From the IMG/VR virus record IMGVR_UViG_3300031134_000596: 64,000 bases of DNA. One strand, written 5' to 3'. Origin of the DNA: an uncultured virus (IMG/VR IMGVR_UViG_3300031134_000596) (taxonomy: Duplodnaviria; Heunggongvirae; Uroviricota; Caudoviricetes). Below, in pieces: positions 38,900 through 47,771 of the stretch (the stretch's first letter is position 1; every line of letters starts with the position of its first letter). The notes below the pieces were generated by a model that searched no databases, had not been told where the DNA came from, and saw only the letters and a program-made list of their open reading frames with translations. The position numbers were made by a program, and so were the translations under genes.

Positions 38900-39799
38900 T
38901 CAGCCCATGTAGTAGATGCTGGCATCATCAAAGTAGGCGATGTGTCCTGGAGAAACACCTTCAGCTCTAATCTGCATACCAATCTTGCTGTAGTTAGCTT
39001 CGTTTACAGTGCCTCTGACCGAAACATACTGCCAGTCACCAGTAGCTTCTACCAGCCCACCACCGGCACCTTCAGAGTAAGGACCTTCGGTTCTAAGAGC
39101 TACATGCCAACTTGTTCCAACTTCAGCTTTGAACCACATTCCTGCAGTGTACGTTCCACCTTTAGTGATTGTGTTCTGCCACACAATTGCACCGTCATAA
39201 GGGTTGATTGTAACAATTTTACGGGAAGTACCTGGAGAGTGTGTGATTGCTTTTTCAGTAGTCACAGTTGGACCGAAGTAGTTCTCCCAGTCAGTTCCTT
39301 TTTCGTAAGTTGGGTCAGCAAACAGGTTACCTGATTTGAAAGGACCCGCTGTTGGCCATGCACAATTTGTTGGGTAATCTGCTGGAGCAGCTGACGGCCA
39401 TGGGGTTGGAACGACCTTAGCTTGGTTAGTTTTGGAAGAAAGGTAGAAAGTTTTTCCTGTTGATGAAGTTTTGAATGCTCCATAGCATTTGTTTTCATCT
39501 GAGAACACTGCAACTTGTGCTGCATTCAAATCCATGAGTTCAGGCAAGACACTTGAGAATCTGCCTTCAGTCAGACCTGAATTAGCACTTTCAGCGATAA
39601 CTACATTCTGAAGCTGCTGTTTCGCTGCGTTATCTTGAGCCCATGGGATGACAGCAAACACAGTAGCAGCGATGACTGCACCGATCAAGCCAATGACGAT
39701 GATACCAACCATGATGGAAGCAAGATCAACAGCAGCTTTACTGCTTTTTAGGACGTTGACAAATGGGTTGTACATAGATTCTCTTTTAGGGGAAGACAT
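38900..39799 (-). CDS. Pilin-like N-terminus fused to a carbohydrate-binding (CBM4/9-like) domain
   Basis: AAVDLASIMVGIIVIGLIGAVIAATVFAVIPWAQDNAAKQQL; NLFADPTYE ... G.TYTAG.W ... WQYV ... YFDDA. Confidence 0.8.
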   Translation of the reverse strand: MSSPKRESMYNPFVNVLKSSKAAVDLASIMVGIIVIGLIGAVIAATVFAVIPWAQDNAAKQQLQNVVIAESANSGLTEGRFSSVLPELMDLNAAQVAVFSDENKCYGAFKTSSTGKTFYLSSKTNQAKVVPTPWPSAAPADYPTNCAWPTAGPFKSGNLFADPTYEKGTDWENYFGPTVTTEKAITHSPGTSRKIVTINPYDGAIVWQNTITKGGTYTAGMWFKAEVGTSWHVALRTEGPYSEGAGGGLVEATGDWQYVSVRGTVNEANYSKIGMQIRAEGVSPGHIAYFDDASIYYMG

Positions 39800-40002
39800 T
39801 ATGCCTAGAGTATCGGTCGCATCTACTTTCTAAGTGACGCTTCAGAAAACGCTCAGGTAGCGAATCGCCGCTACTGCTCAGAAAAATCAAAAGGTATGTC
39901 ATTAGGAGTCTATTTATAGCATGTAGTTATACTACTACGACAATTTGATTTTTCTGTGTTATTTATTGAAGATGCAGCTTGTTGAGTTGTTATTGTGTTG
40001 AC

Positions 40003-40578
40003 ATGGATAACTTACATCTTCTTGATACCCCAATATCATCTTACGAATCCGAATACGGGTTTTTGCTTTGGATTCTTCTTGGAATTTTTGCTGTCTCGCT
40101 CATTGGATCATTGCGAACAGTTTCCAAATGGGAAACTGTAAAGCATTCCAGAAAGAAGTTTTTGGTGACAGGACACACTCTGGTTTTGATTTCCGTCATT
40201 GCGACTTCAATTGTCTTCGGTGTCAAAGAGCATCAAAACAGGATTGATAGCTTTGCTAAGCAAAATGAGTTAGGGGTGAGTGCTGAGGAAACTAACACAA
40301 GCACTTTTCAACAATGGGCAAACAACCGCTACGCACTGTCATTAGAGAAAGCTGATTCGCGGGACATTCTGGGTATAGTAGACCCGATTAGTGAAGACTA
40401 TACATACTATTCTTATAAGAGCGACTACTATCACTATATTGAGGACATGAAGCAGCCTGCTCAAATAGGAGAAGCTCTTCTCAAAATTGATGGCGAAGTG
40501 ATGGATATCCGACTTGTGTGGGATGGCGAAGAGTATTTGTTGATGCGTGCTGAAAGCGGAGAGTTAGAACGCAGATGA
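40003..40578 (+). CDS. Membrane protein (2 TM + W...RY domain)
   Basis: Two TM then QWANNRYAL. Confidence 0.6.
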   Translation: MDNLHLLDTPISSYESEYGFLLWILLGIFAVSLIGSLRTVSKWETVKHSRKKFLVTGHTLVLISVIATSIVFGVKEHQNRIDSFAKQNELGVSAEETNTSTFQQWANNRYALSLEKADSRDILGIVDPISEDYTYYSYKSDYYHYIEDMKQPAQIGEALLKIDGEVMDIRLVWDGEEYLLMRAESGELERR

Positions 40579-40603
40579 CATTCCATTCATAGGACTGTAA
40601 GCT

Positions 40604-41329
40604 TCATCGTTGATTATAGTTTAAAGGTTTTTCGTTGAGCATGTTCTCAAGCTCTTGAGAACCATTTTGTTCATATGCTCTTTGGCTAACCTTTTCAGGT
40701 TTCACAATGGACACAGAACGCATGTCTTTTTCTGCGGAGAGGAGTAATTCCCATTCTTTTGGGCTGTACTTTTTGGGTTGCTGTTTGGCTCGTTTCATGT
40801 ATTCACGCATGGTGATACCTGAATCCCAGTATTCTTTGTGATAGGCTTCGTTGTCATCCCCGGAGGAAGCTTTTTCCCAAGCATGGATGGAGTAAACATA
40901 TGTGGAGTCAATGTCTACTCTGATTTCACGGACCTGGATATCGATAACATTTGAATGCCATTTACCTCGAACCCATCGCGTTACTCCGCCAAGAGTTGGT
41001 GAAGCGAAAACACCGTCAGTTCTTCCTTGACGACCTTCTGGCTTCAGACTGTCAGACTTCACGTAAGAATCTTTTTCCACTCCACGCTCTGTTGGGGCAA
41101 GAGGTTCACCTGAACGATAAACAGCAACGGTGGTTGTTCCGTCAACTTCTTTTCGCACATCCCAGGATGCTTCAAAATCTGGCGTAACGATGGCTTGGAA
41201 TTTGAATTCTTCTTCTCGTTCTTTCATCTCGTTCATGAACACAATCCGCTGACGGTAAGCTTTGCCATGCAGCCGGCAGGTAGCAGGATTCTTTTTACGG
41301 CATTTACCGCGAAGGTCTTGTGATCGCAT
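40604..41329 (-). CDS. CRxKxPxxCRxHG-motif protein with putative ART-fold domain
   Basis: CRKKNPATCRLHG; VYRSG ... R.DGVFASP ... YW ... WELLL. Confidence 0.65.
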   Translation of the reverse strand: MRSQDLRGKCRKKNPATCRLHGKAYRQRIVFMNEMKEREEEFKFQAIVTPDFEASWDVRKEVDGTTTVAVYRSGEPLAPTERGVEKDSYVKSDSLKPEGRQGRTDGVFASPTLGGVTRWVRGKWHSNVIDIQVREIRVDIDSTYVYSIHAWEKASSGDDNEAYHKEYWDSGITMREYMKRAKQQPKKYSPKEWELLLSAEKDMRSVSIVKPEKVSQRAYEQNGSQELENMLNEKPLNYNQR

Positions 41330-41388
41330 GAAAGATTTCTAACAGCTAACAAAAACAACGCCCTACCAAATCAGGTAGAGCGTTGTTT

Positions 41389-42015
41389 TTAGTTCCAGTA
41401 GCCAACGTGGCGCTGCTGGCGGGTGTTCACTGCGTCGTAGTCGTCACCCCACAGGTCGTCCCCGTCGTTGTAGTTCTCGACCATGGCTTCCAGCATGAGG
41501 CGTTCGGTTGCTCGCTGGCTGGAGTGGTACTGGGTCTTCAAGTCCTTCTTGAAGGGGCGAGCTGCTCGGCGGTGGGAGTCAACCCAGGTGTAGCACAGTT
41601 CCTGCAGCTCGTCTCCGACGTAACGGACAGGTCGGACCTGCTCGTTTTCTGCGGTGCAGTGGTCGGGGCGGTGACCTACGAGGGTCTTCTCGCGGAGAGG
41701 ACGCTCGTAGGTGGTGACGATTTCGACGGACTCCAAGTTGAAGAAGTTGTACCAGCCCAGTTCGCCGCTTTCACGCAGCTTGAAGTACTCGGTGGCGGGG
41801 TAGACCTTGCTGGTGCGGTTGCGGAAGACCACGCGGTAGCCCTTCACGGGAGGTCGCTCGACGGTCTCCATGACCTGGTTGCCGTCAGCGTCCTTCACGG
41901 GCAGCCAGTGGTAGACTTCCTCCCCCGCCAGGTGGTGGTAGTGGGAGACGCTACGCAGTTCGTTCTTGTCGTTAGCACGCACCCAGTACGGGCGGTCCTT
42001 GAAAGTTCTCGACAT
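41389..42015 (-). CDS. MSRTFKDRP-family protein, paralog 1 (GC-rich)
   Basis: MSRTFKDRPYWV ... PDHCT ... YHSSQRATE ... TRQQRHVGYWN. Confidence 0.8.
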   Translation of the reverse strand: MSRTFKDRPYWVRANDKNELRSVSHYHHLAGEEVYHWLPVKDADGNQVMETVERPPVKGYRVVFRNRTSKVYPATEYFKLRESGELGWYNFFNLESVEIVTTYERPLREKTLVGHRPDHCTAENEQVRPVRYVGDELQELCYTWVDSHRRAARPFKKDLKTQYHSSQRATERLMLEAMVENYNDGDDLWGDDYDAVNTRQQRHVGYWN

Positions 42016-42191
42016 ATTCTTTTCTACCTTTCGGTAGATAGCTCTCTGAAAGCCCCTTGTGGACTTTCCGGTCTATCTACTTATGAAGGTAGCGAATGCG
42101 GTTCGACATGTAATTCAATCCTTAGATAATGATTTTGGTAAGCTTTGATTGCTTATGATTCTACTATAGTTCATGTCTGAGGTCTTGTCAA
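42016..42191 (-). promoter_or_regulatory. sigmaA promoter + uORF + SD-sequestering hairpin
   Basis: TTGACA(42191)-17-TATAGT; uORF 42109-42077 MSNRIRYLHK*; hairpin arms 42092-42073 and 42041-42024. Confidence 0.75.
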
Positions 42192-42201
42192 CCTCAGAAT
42201 C

Positions 42202-42900
42202 TCAATCCCACCAACCGTTGTGCTTTTTCTGGCGAGTGTTCACAGATTCATACTCGTCATCCCACATGTCTTCAACGTTGGATGCATTTTTGGTAGCTTC
42301 ACGAAGGAGGTTGCTTTCAGTGCGGCGAGCTTTAGAGTGGTACTGGCGGCGGTCCTTTTTGTCAGGACGGTTTCTGTAGTAACGCTCCCAAGGTCGCTGG
42401 ATGACAGGGAAGCAAAGATGAGTCTCGTCAGGAGTCCAAAGTCCTTCGCTGGCTTTAGTCAAAGGAACATCCATGGTGCAGTGGTCAGGGTATGTTCCGA
42501 CCACACGGAACTCACGTTCGATGGTTTTTCTCATGAACGTCTGATTGATGTAAACCACTTCTTCGATGTTGGCAATCAGCTCATCAGTTTTATGACTGCG
42601 AGCATGAGTGGTGAAGAAGTAGTCCCCTCTGCGTCCCACTTCAGTGCTTCGACCATTGAAGATGTAGAATTCCTTGGAGGAAACATATCTCCATGTTTTG
42701 TCTCTGAGAAGAAAAGCGTACTGAAAAGTCATCGGAGTTTCGATGTACTTGTAGTCAGGGTTGCCGTTCTCATCAACAGCTTCAGCCCAGCGTCTACGGG
42801 GACGACCAGCGTAGTGGTGGTTATGCTTGATGTATCGTCCACGGCTGTTCAAGTCATTGCTTTTGACCCACAGTGGACGGTCTTTGAATGTGTTAGACAT
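42202..42900 (-). CDS. MSRTFKDRP-family protein, paralog 2
   Basis: MSNTFKDRPLWV ... PDHCT ... YHSKARRTE ... TRQKKHNGWWD. Confidence 0.8.
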   Translation of the reverse strand: MSNTFKDRPLWVKSNDLNSRGRYIKHNHHYAGRPRRRWAEAVDENGNPDYKYIETPMTFQYAFLLRDKTWRYVSSKEFYIFNGRSTEVGRRGDYFFTTHARSHKTDELIANIEEVVYINQTFMRKTIEREFRVVGTYPDHCTMDVPLTKASEGLWTPDETHLCFPVIQRPWERYYRNRPDKKDRRQYHSKARRTESNLLREATKNASNVEDMWDDEYESVNTRQKKHNGWWD

Positions 42901-43100
42901 TCGTTCCTACCTTATAGGTAGGCAGTTCATATTAGGTCCCGAGTGGACCTGAAAGACTACCTACCTATGTAGGTAGAAAAATTTGTGAATTCTTCATAGA
43001 TCATCAGTTCCGCTTTCTTCTATCACCAACTATTGTAGGTGATTGCCAACTATTATTGGCATGTATCAATCATTATACGCTCAAACGTATTCTAAGTCAA
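42901..43100 (-). promoter_or_regulatory. sigmaA promoter + uORF(s) + SD-sequestering hairpin
   Basis: TTGACT(43100)-17-TATAAT; uORFs 43004-42957 and 42997-42965; hairpin arms 42976-42957 and 42925-42907. Confidence 0.75.
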
Positions 43101-43110
43101 TAAATTTGGT

Positions 43111-43335
43111 CTATGCAGCTTCCATGTTGAACCCGCCATGACGCAAAACATCATCACTGATGCGAACAACAGCATCACTTGATTCATCAGCAAACTCACC
43201 AATGAAAGAACCCTGGTGATGGTCAAGAAGGCGGACGCGGCGAACATCAGTACCTCGTTTAGGCACAAGTACAATGACAGGCTTTTCTCCGTTACGCACC
43301 TGTACGATCAGTTTGTTCACAAGATCAGTGTTCAT
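43111..43335 (-). CDS. Hypothetical protein
   Basis: SD AAGGAG. Confidence 0.6.
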   Translation of the reverse strand: MNTDLVNKLIVQVRNGEKPVIVLVPKRGTDVRRVRLLDHHQGSFIGEFADESSDAVVRISDDVLRHGGFNMEAA

Positions 43336-43394
43336 AAGGTTCTCCTTTTCGTTAATACTATTCTAACATCTCCTACTGTGATATTATTATCCGC

Positions 43395-43898
43395 ATGGCT
43401 GACTATAAACTGAGAGAAAATGTGACTGAGATGAAAACCTTCTCAGTCTTCATTCAGGACCCCCGCGAATCAGAAGGTGTCGGCTGGTCTTACTCAGCTC
43501 GTGAATCAGATGATTTTATTAGCTTAGACTGGGCTGGTAGCATCAGAAAACAATATCTACCTACTGTGATCCAGTTACTCACTTTCGTTGCCGAAAAAGA
43601 TGTCGACCGGCATAACAGACCAACTTTCAACATCGGCAACATGGTGTACGACACCGACGAAGAGTTAGCTGATGATGTCGTGGAGTCCTACTCTGAACCA
43701 GCTGTTGGGGTAGACTTGCATGAAATGTTCATCATCACTACAGCCCATGTTGAACCCAAACGTCGTCAAGTGACCACTATCACTGTGAACAGAATCACAG
43801 ATAACTACCACGTCTTTGTGGGTTCGAGCCATACCCTCACTTTCCAGAGCTGGGAAATCGAAGGCGTCACAGCTCTGCTTCAAGCTTTAGCTGTTTGA
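43395..43898 (+). CDS. Hypothetical protein
   Basis: 167-aa ORF. Confidence 0.55.
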   Translation: MADYKLRENVTEMKTFSVFIQDPRESEGVGWSYSARESDDFISLDWAGSIRKQYLPTVIQLLTFVAEKDVDRHNRPTFNIGNMVYDTDEELADDVVESYSEPAVGVDLHEMFIITTAHVEPKRRQVTTITVNRITDNYHVFVGSSHTLTFQSWEIEGVTALLQALAV

Positions 43899-43928
43899 CT
43901 TTGCCCCAGAAACGTGTAAGCTAACATT

Positions 43929-44597
43929 ATGACCACAACGGTTCTTAGCACTGACGGATTCGTCATTGGCACTGAAACTGACTACAGCACCCGCTGCATC
44001 GACTGCGGTATGGGCTACAGTGATGAAATCATGGACAAAATGTGCCAGATTTTCAACCTGGGCAAGACTGTCAACTGCCGTAAATGCGGTAAGACTTACA
44101 GCAACATTGCAGAGTTCGAGATTTGGGTCCGTCATGACGCAGCCAAGTTCTTCAACGTTGACACTGTTCGCAAGACTCGCTGGTTTCATGCAACGGATAA
44201 CCCGAACTGGTTTGAGGAAATTCGCAACGGCGGGAATGTGAAATCTGACTACTACGGTCAGGGCGATGTGATGGTCCATCTTGGAATCAAGGATTCAGCT
44301 CTTGCTCGTGCAGAGCAGCGTCATGATGAGTTCATCAGCTGCTACGGCGTTGAGATTCCCCAGTGGTACCTCTACGAAGTTGAGCTGAAGACTGACATTG
44401 AAATTTTCCCTGAAATGCAGGATGACGAGGACGGCTTCCCTTCAAACAGTGCAACACCCAAGGACATGTACACTGACGGGTTTGAATGGAGTCCGCAGGG
44501 TGTAACTCGTTATGTGAACGCTTTCGAGCAGCCTGGTTCTATCAGCCTTCTCGCTAATGCACACACTTTCAACCTGGTGGCTCAGTACGAAATCTGA
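43929..44597 (+). CDS. Zn-ribbon + putative ART-fold protein
   Basis: CIDC/CRKC; WFHAT ... VHLG...SA..R ... LYEVEL ... YVNAFEQPGSIS. Confidence 0.55.
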   Translation: MTTTVLSTDGFVIGTETDYSTRCIDCGMGYSDEIMDKMCQIFNLGKTVNCRKCGKTYSNIAEFEIWVRHDAAKFFNVDTVRKTRWFHATDNPNWFEEIRNGGNVKSDYYGQGDVMVHLGIKDSALARAEQRHDEFISCYGVEIPQWYLYEVELKTDIEIFPEMQDDEDGFPSNSATPKDMYTDGFEWSPQGVTRYVNAFEQPGSISLLANAHTFNLVAQYEI

Positions 44598-44605
44598 TTA
44601 ACCAG

Positions 44606-44641
44606 AAAAAGCCCCTGACTGCAATAGTCAGGGGCTTTTTT
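44606..44641. terminator. Bidirectional intrinsic terminator
   Basis: AAAAAGCCCCTGACT/AGTCAGGGGCTTTTT. Confidence 0.85.
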
Positions 44642-44925
44642 CATAGAGCTTTTTGGTAAAACATTTTTGTAGATGTTCCCAAAAGACTGGCAGCTTCTTT
44701 GAAGAAAAAGATTACTGTCGAGCGAGCTCCAGTAATGACGACAGGATGATCCTCATCCACTGTGAGACGACGAACAAGTTCGCTGCAGGCATCCTGGCTG
44801 GCAAACACTGTTCCTTCACAATGGACTACCACTGTAGCTTTTCCTTCAAGCGAGTCAGGGAGGAGTTTCTTAGCCATCCTTTTGTCGTTAAACGTCTTCG
44901 GTAAGATTACAACATGGTCCGACAT
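44641..44925 (-). CDS. STAS-like small protein
   Basis: VVVHCEGTVFASQDACSELVRRL ... VVITGA. Confidence 0.55.
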   Translation of the reverse strand: MSDHVVILPKTFNDKRMAKKLLPDSLEGKATVVVHCEGTVFASQDACSELVRRLTVDEDHPVVITGARSTVIFFFKEAASLLGTSTKMFYQKAL

Positions 44926-44936
44926 TTCTATGTCCC

Positions 44937-45254
44937 TTATACCGTAAACTGGTGAGTACAGTTGTTCTCTCTTGCAGCAACAGCAAGGATGGTCATATCT
45001 GAATCCTCAGGCCAGTCTTTCAAAGTAGCTGTCCTCCATTGCCCTTTCAGAACCAAGTTCATTAGCTCCAAAGCCCCACTTTTGAACATGATGAAGTTGT
45101 CACTCAGGTCAAAAAGAATCAAAGTGGCATCCGCCGGCACAGTCTGAGCCACCCTACGTGCACTATTTTTTGTCAGGAAAACAGGCATGCGTAGCACATA
45201 CTCAACATCAGCAAAATCATTCATAGGTTTCTTAAATCTCTCATCTCGGCCCAA
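44937..45254 (-). CDS. STAS-like small protein
   Basis: ILFDLSDNFIMFKSGALELM. Confidence 0.45.
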   Translation of the reverse strand: MGRDERFKKPMNDFADVEYVLRMPVFLTKNSARRVAQTVPADATLILFDLSDNFIMFKSGALELMNLVLKGQWRTATLKDWPEDSDMTILAVAARENNCTHQFTV

Positions 45255-45631
45255 GCTTCTTTATCTGCAAGGGAAGCGTTCGGTAATACGTGGTAACCAT
45301 AGTAACGGTAGTTGTCATCATCCTGAGGGATAACAATATCCCCATATACTTGGTTCATCCGCTCAGCCAAATTAGCGTAGCTTGCAAGGTCTTCTTTGTA
45401 CTCTGATGGATGGTCTGCACTGAAAATCATCCCAATGCGATATCGCAAATGAGTGCCATCAGCGAAAGCTTCAGGCTGGGTGGCTGCAATAGGGTGGGTA
45501 CGGAGAATCTCCTCTGTAACACTTTCCCTCAGCTGCCAGTGAAGACTGCGTGATTCGACTTCATTGAGGATGTAACCTTCAAGCAATGCCAACTGGGTTG
45601 CTTCAGGCAGAAGGTAGAACTCTTCAGTCAT
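45221..45631 (-). CDS. Hypothetical protein
   Basis: ORF coupled to the methyltransferase gene. Confidence 0.55.
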   Translation of the reverse strand: MTEEFYLLPEATQLALLEGYILNEVESRSLHWQLRESVTEEILRTHPIAATQPEAFADGTHLRYRIGMIFSADHPSEYKEDLASYANLAERMNQVYGDIVIPQDDDNYRYYGYHVLPNASLADKEAWAEMRDLRNL

Positions 45632-46490
45632 TGCGGGCTTTCTTTTTCGCCACAATGAGGCAATTGCTATTCGGGTAAGGGAGCCTCTTGTTCCCAGCCT
45701 GGATGTAGGCTTTCTCCATCAGGTTCGCAGGGTATCCAGTCTGAATGTACTCCTCAGCATGCGTCACTTCAAACCCATGAGTTTCAAGGAACTGAACATA
45801 CTCAGTCAGAGTGAACAGGCCGTAAAGCTCCTGAGCTTCACGAGGATAATTTACTTCACCCCAAGTGTAAGTGTACAAAAACTCCATTGCCGATTCCATG
45901 TTTCCGACAAGAATATTGTCCGTTCCAGCTTTCAGCTGAAGGTCCACTTTACGCATCCCAACACCTCGGAAAGGAATCATGTCCAGGTACTTCTCCGCCA
46001 GGCGAAGCCCATCCGGGTCCTTCATCACAACTTCCACAGGCATGTCCCAATCAGCTGGCATGATGCCATCGCGGATGACAAGGACTCCATCGTCTTTGAG
46101 GACATGACGGAACTGGTTGAGGGAGTATTCGACGCTCTCAATTGTGCATGCAGTTCCTTCTATGCCTCGACCATACGAGTAAATTTCATGGATAATGGAG
46201 GAACAGGTGATGGAATCGAAAAACAGAGGTGGAATCAGCTCGTCAATCTGATGGGTGTAACCTTCGATGGTCTGGACACCCAGATTGGTGGAATGGTTCA
46301 CAGCTTCCCTGGAACCGTCAAGCCCTGTTACTTCATAACCTGAATCATTCAACAGAGCAGCAAATTCACCACCACCTGAACCAATGTCCAGAACCTTACC
46401 AGGCTTCAAGTAGGGGACCATGTGGGCTTTGTCTCCGATGGAGGACTTCATGCGGTTGAAGTACACTTCATCTTGCGTTTCTGCAAGCAT
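45624..46490 (-). CDS. Class I SAM-dependent methyltransferase
   Basis: VLDIGSGGG, GLDGS, SSIIHEIYSY, LKDDGVLVIRD. Confidence 0.9.
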   Translation of the reverse strand: MLAETQDEVYFNRMKSSIGDKAHMVPYLKPGKVLDIGSGGGEFAALLNDSGYEVTGLDGSREAVNHSTNLGVQTIEGYTHQIDELIPPLFFDSITCSSIIHEIYSYGRGIEGTACTIESVEYSLNQFRHVLKDDGVLVIRDGIMPADWDMPVEVVMKDPDGLRLAEKYLDMIPFRGVGMRKVDLQLKAGTDNILVGNMESAMEFLYTYTWGEVNYPREAQELYGLFTLTEYVQFLETHGFEVTHAEEYIQTGYPANLMEKAYIQAGNKRLPYPNSNCLIVAKKKARND

Positions 46491-46561
46491 TTGGATGTTT
46501 CGGCTTTCTTCAGTAGATGAATTGGTTTACACGGTCATCCTACCACAGTAAAAAGCTGGTA

Positions 46562-47215
46562 TCAATCCTTACCGAACAAGATTCGGGTTTTGAAGAGGTC
46601 TTCTTTGATTTCACCGTACGCGTTCTGGTAAGGAACCGACTCAGGGTAATCTCGCCAAGCTTTCAGGCATGAGTTAGCCAACTTGCGTACTTTTTCGTCA
46701 AAGCTTTCTGCATTAGTGAACGTGAAAAAACCCACAGGGCTTCCACTCTTGCGTCCGTGCCAGGCCCAACTTGAGAAGGATATGTGTCGTTGAGGGGTAG
46801 CTGAACCCCAACCTCGACTGCTCCACGAATCACCAAAGTTCCAACCCTGACTCATCATCCATGAGTAAGTATCATACCCTACAACGTCAGAGGGAACTTC
46901 ATCTCTGTACTCATGCTGCTTAACCGCGAGCGGTTCGTCCTGTTTTGTGACTCCTTCGTAGAAAGATAGGTCACAACTGATTGATACTGGCAAAGCTTGT
47001 GAAACAGAACGAAACAACGGCAGAAGAGTGTTGTAGTCGTCAAAATGCTGAGCATGCCCATCAAGTTGTCTTCTGGTTCGAGACCGACTGAAGTTTGTGC
47101 TAGCCAGTCGATACCAGGCTGGTACGCCGTTCTTGTCAATTTGAGAACCTAGGGAAGTGCTGAAACCAGAATCAAGCAATGCTTTTCTGTGTTCGTCAAT
47201 TTTCTGGTATGACAT
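46562..47215 (-). CDS. Hypothetical protein
   Basis: 217-aa ORF. Confidence 0.6.
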   Translation of the reverse strand: MSYQKIDEHRKALLDSGFSTSLGSQIDKNGVPAWYRLASTNFSRSRTRRQLDGHAQHFDDYNTLLPLFRSVSQALPVSISCDLSFYEGVTKQDEPLAVKQHEYRDEVPSDVVGYDTYSWMMSQGWNFGDSWSSRGWGSATPQRHISFSSWAWHGRKSGSPVGFFTFTNAESFDEKVRKLANSCLKAWRDYPESVPYQNAYGEIKEDLFKTRILFGKD

Positions 47216-47280
47216 AAATGGGTCTTCCGTAGGTGAAGACCCAGCTTAGCATAGAACTATCCCTGCTACAGGTTTAGAAC

Positions 47281-47766
47281 TTATGACCAGACAACCATAA
47301 GACCCTCTGAGAGGGCATAGGAGCCAATCTGACGCAACGTTGTCAGCTTTTCCTCCAGGTACCCTTCCGCCCGACCACCGTACGTGACAGAGCCTTCAGT
47401 GAAAGGGAGCATCCCTGCGTCAGCAGGGGCGATAGCTTCTGCAAGGAGAACACGACCCAAAAATGCTTCAGCCTCCATGCTGCCACAAATACGAGTGTCA
47501 TCTTCCATGATGCCCAAAGCGTCCAACACATGAGCTGCGTTGAAGTTGCTCATGTTGAGGCTCATGTCTTCACCGTCAATAGCTTCAATGCGTGCAGGGT
47601 AAGCGCGGCAGAACTCGTCTTCGCAAGTTGAAGGGAACAGTGGGTGAGCAGTGACAGACTCCTGGTAGCTGTCAAAGACTCCTGACAGAGTGGTCAGTCC
47701 ACAGCTGCAAACAAGCTGGAACTGATATGCATCAGCTTTCTGTTCAACAGCAAAGGTGATAGACAA
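47281..47766 (-). CDS. Hypothetical protein
   Basis: LNMSNFNA..VL.ALG ... GR.EGYL; TTG start after SD GGAG. Confidence 0.65.
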   Translation of the reverse strand: MSITFAVEQKADAYQFQLVCSCGLTTLSGVFDSYQESVTAHPLFPSTCEDEFCRAYPARIEAIDGEDMSLNMSNFNAAHVLDALGIMEDDTRICGSMEAEAFLGRVLLAEAIAPADAGMLPFTEGSVTYGGRAEGYLEEKLTTLRQIGSYALSEGLMVVWS

Positions 47767-47771
47767 GTGGT

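Noticed and set aside
43025..43054. CCAACTATT direct repeat at 21-bp spacing
   Set aside because: Only two copies; too weak to call an operator or iteron
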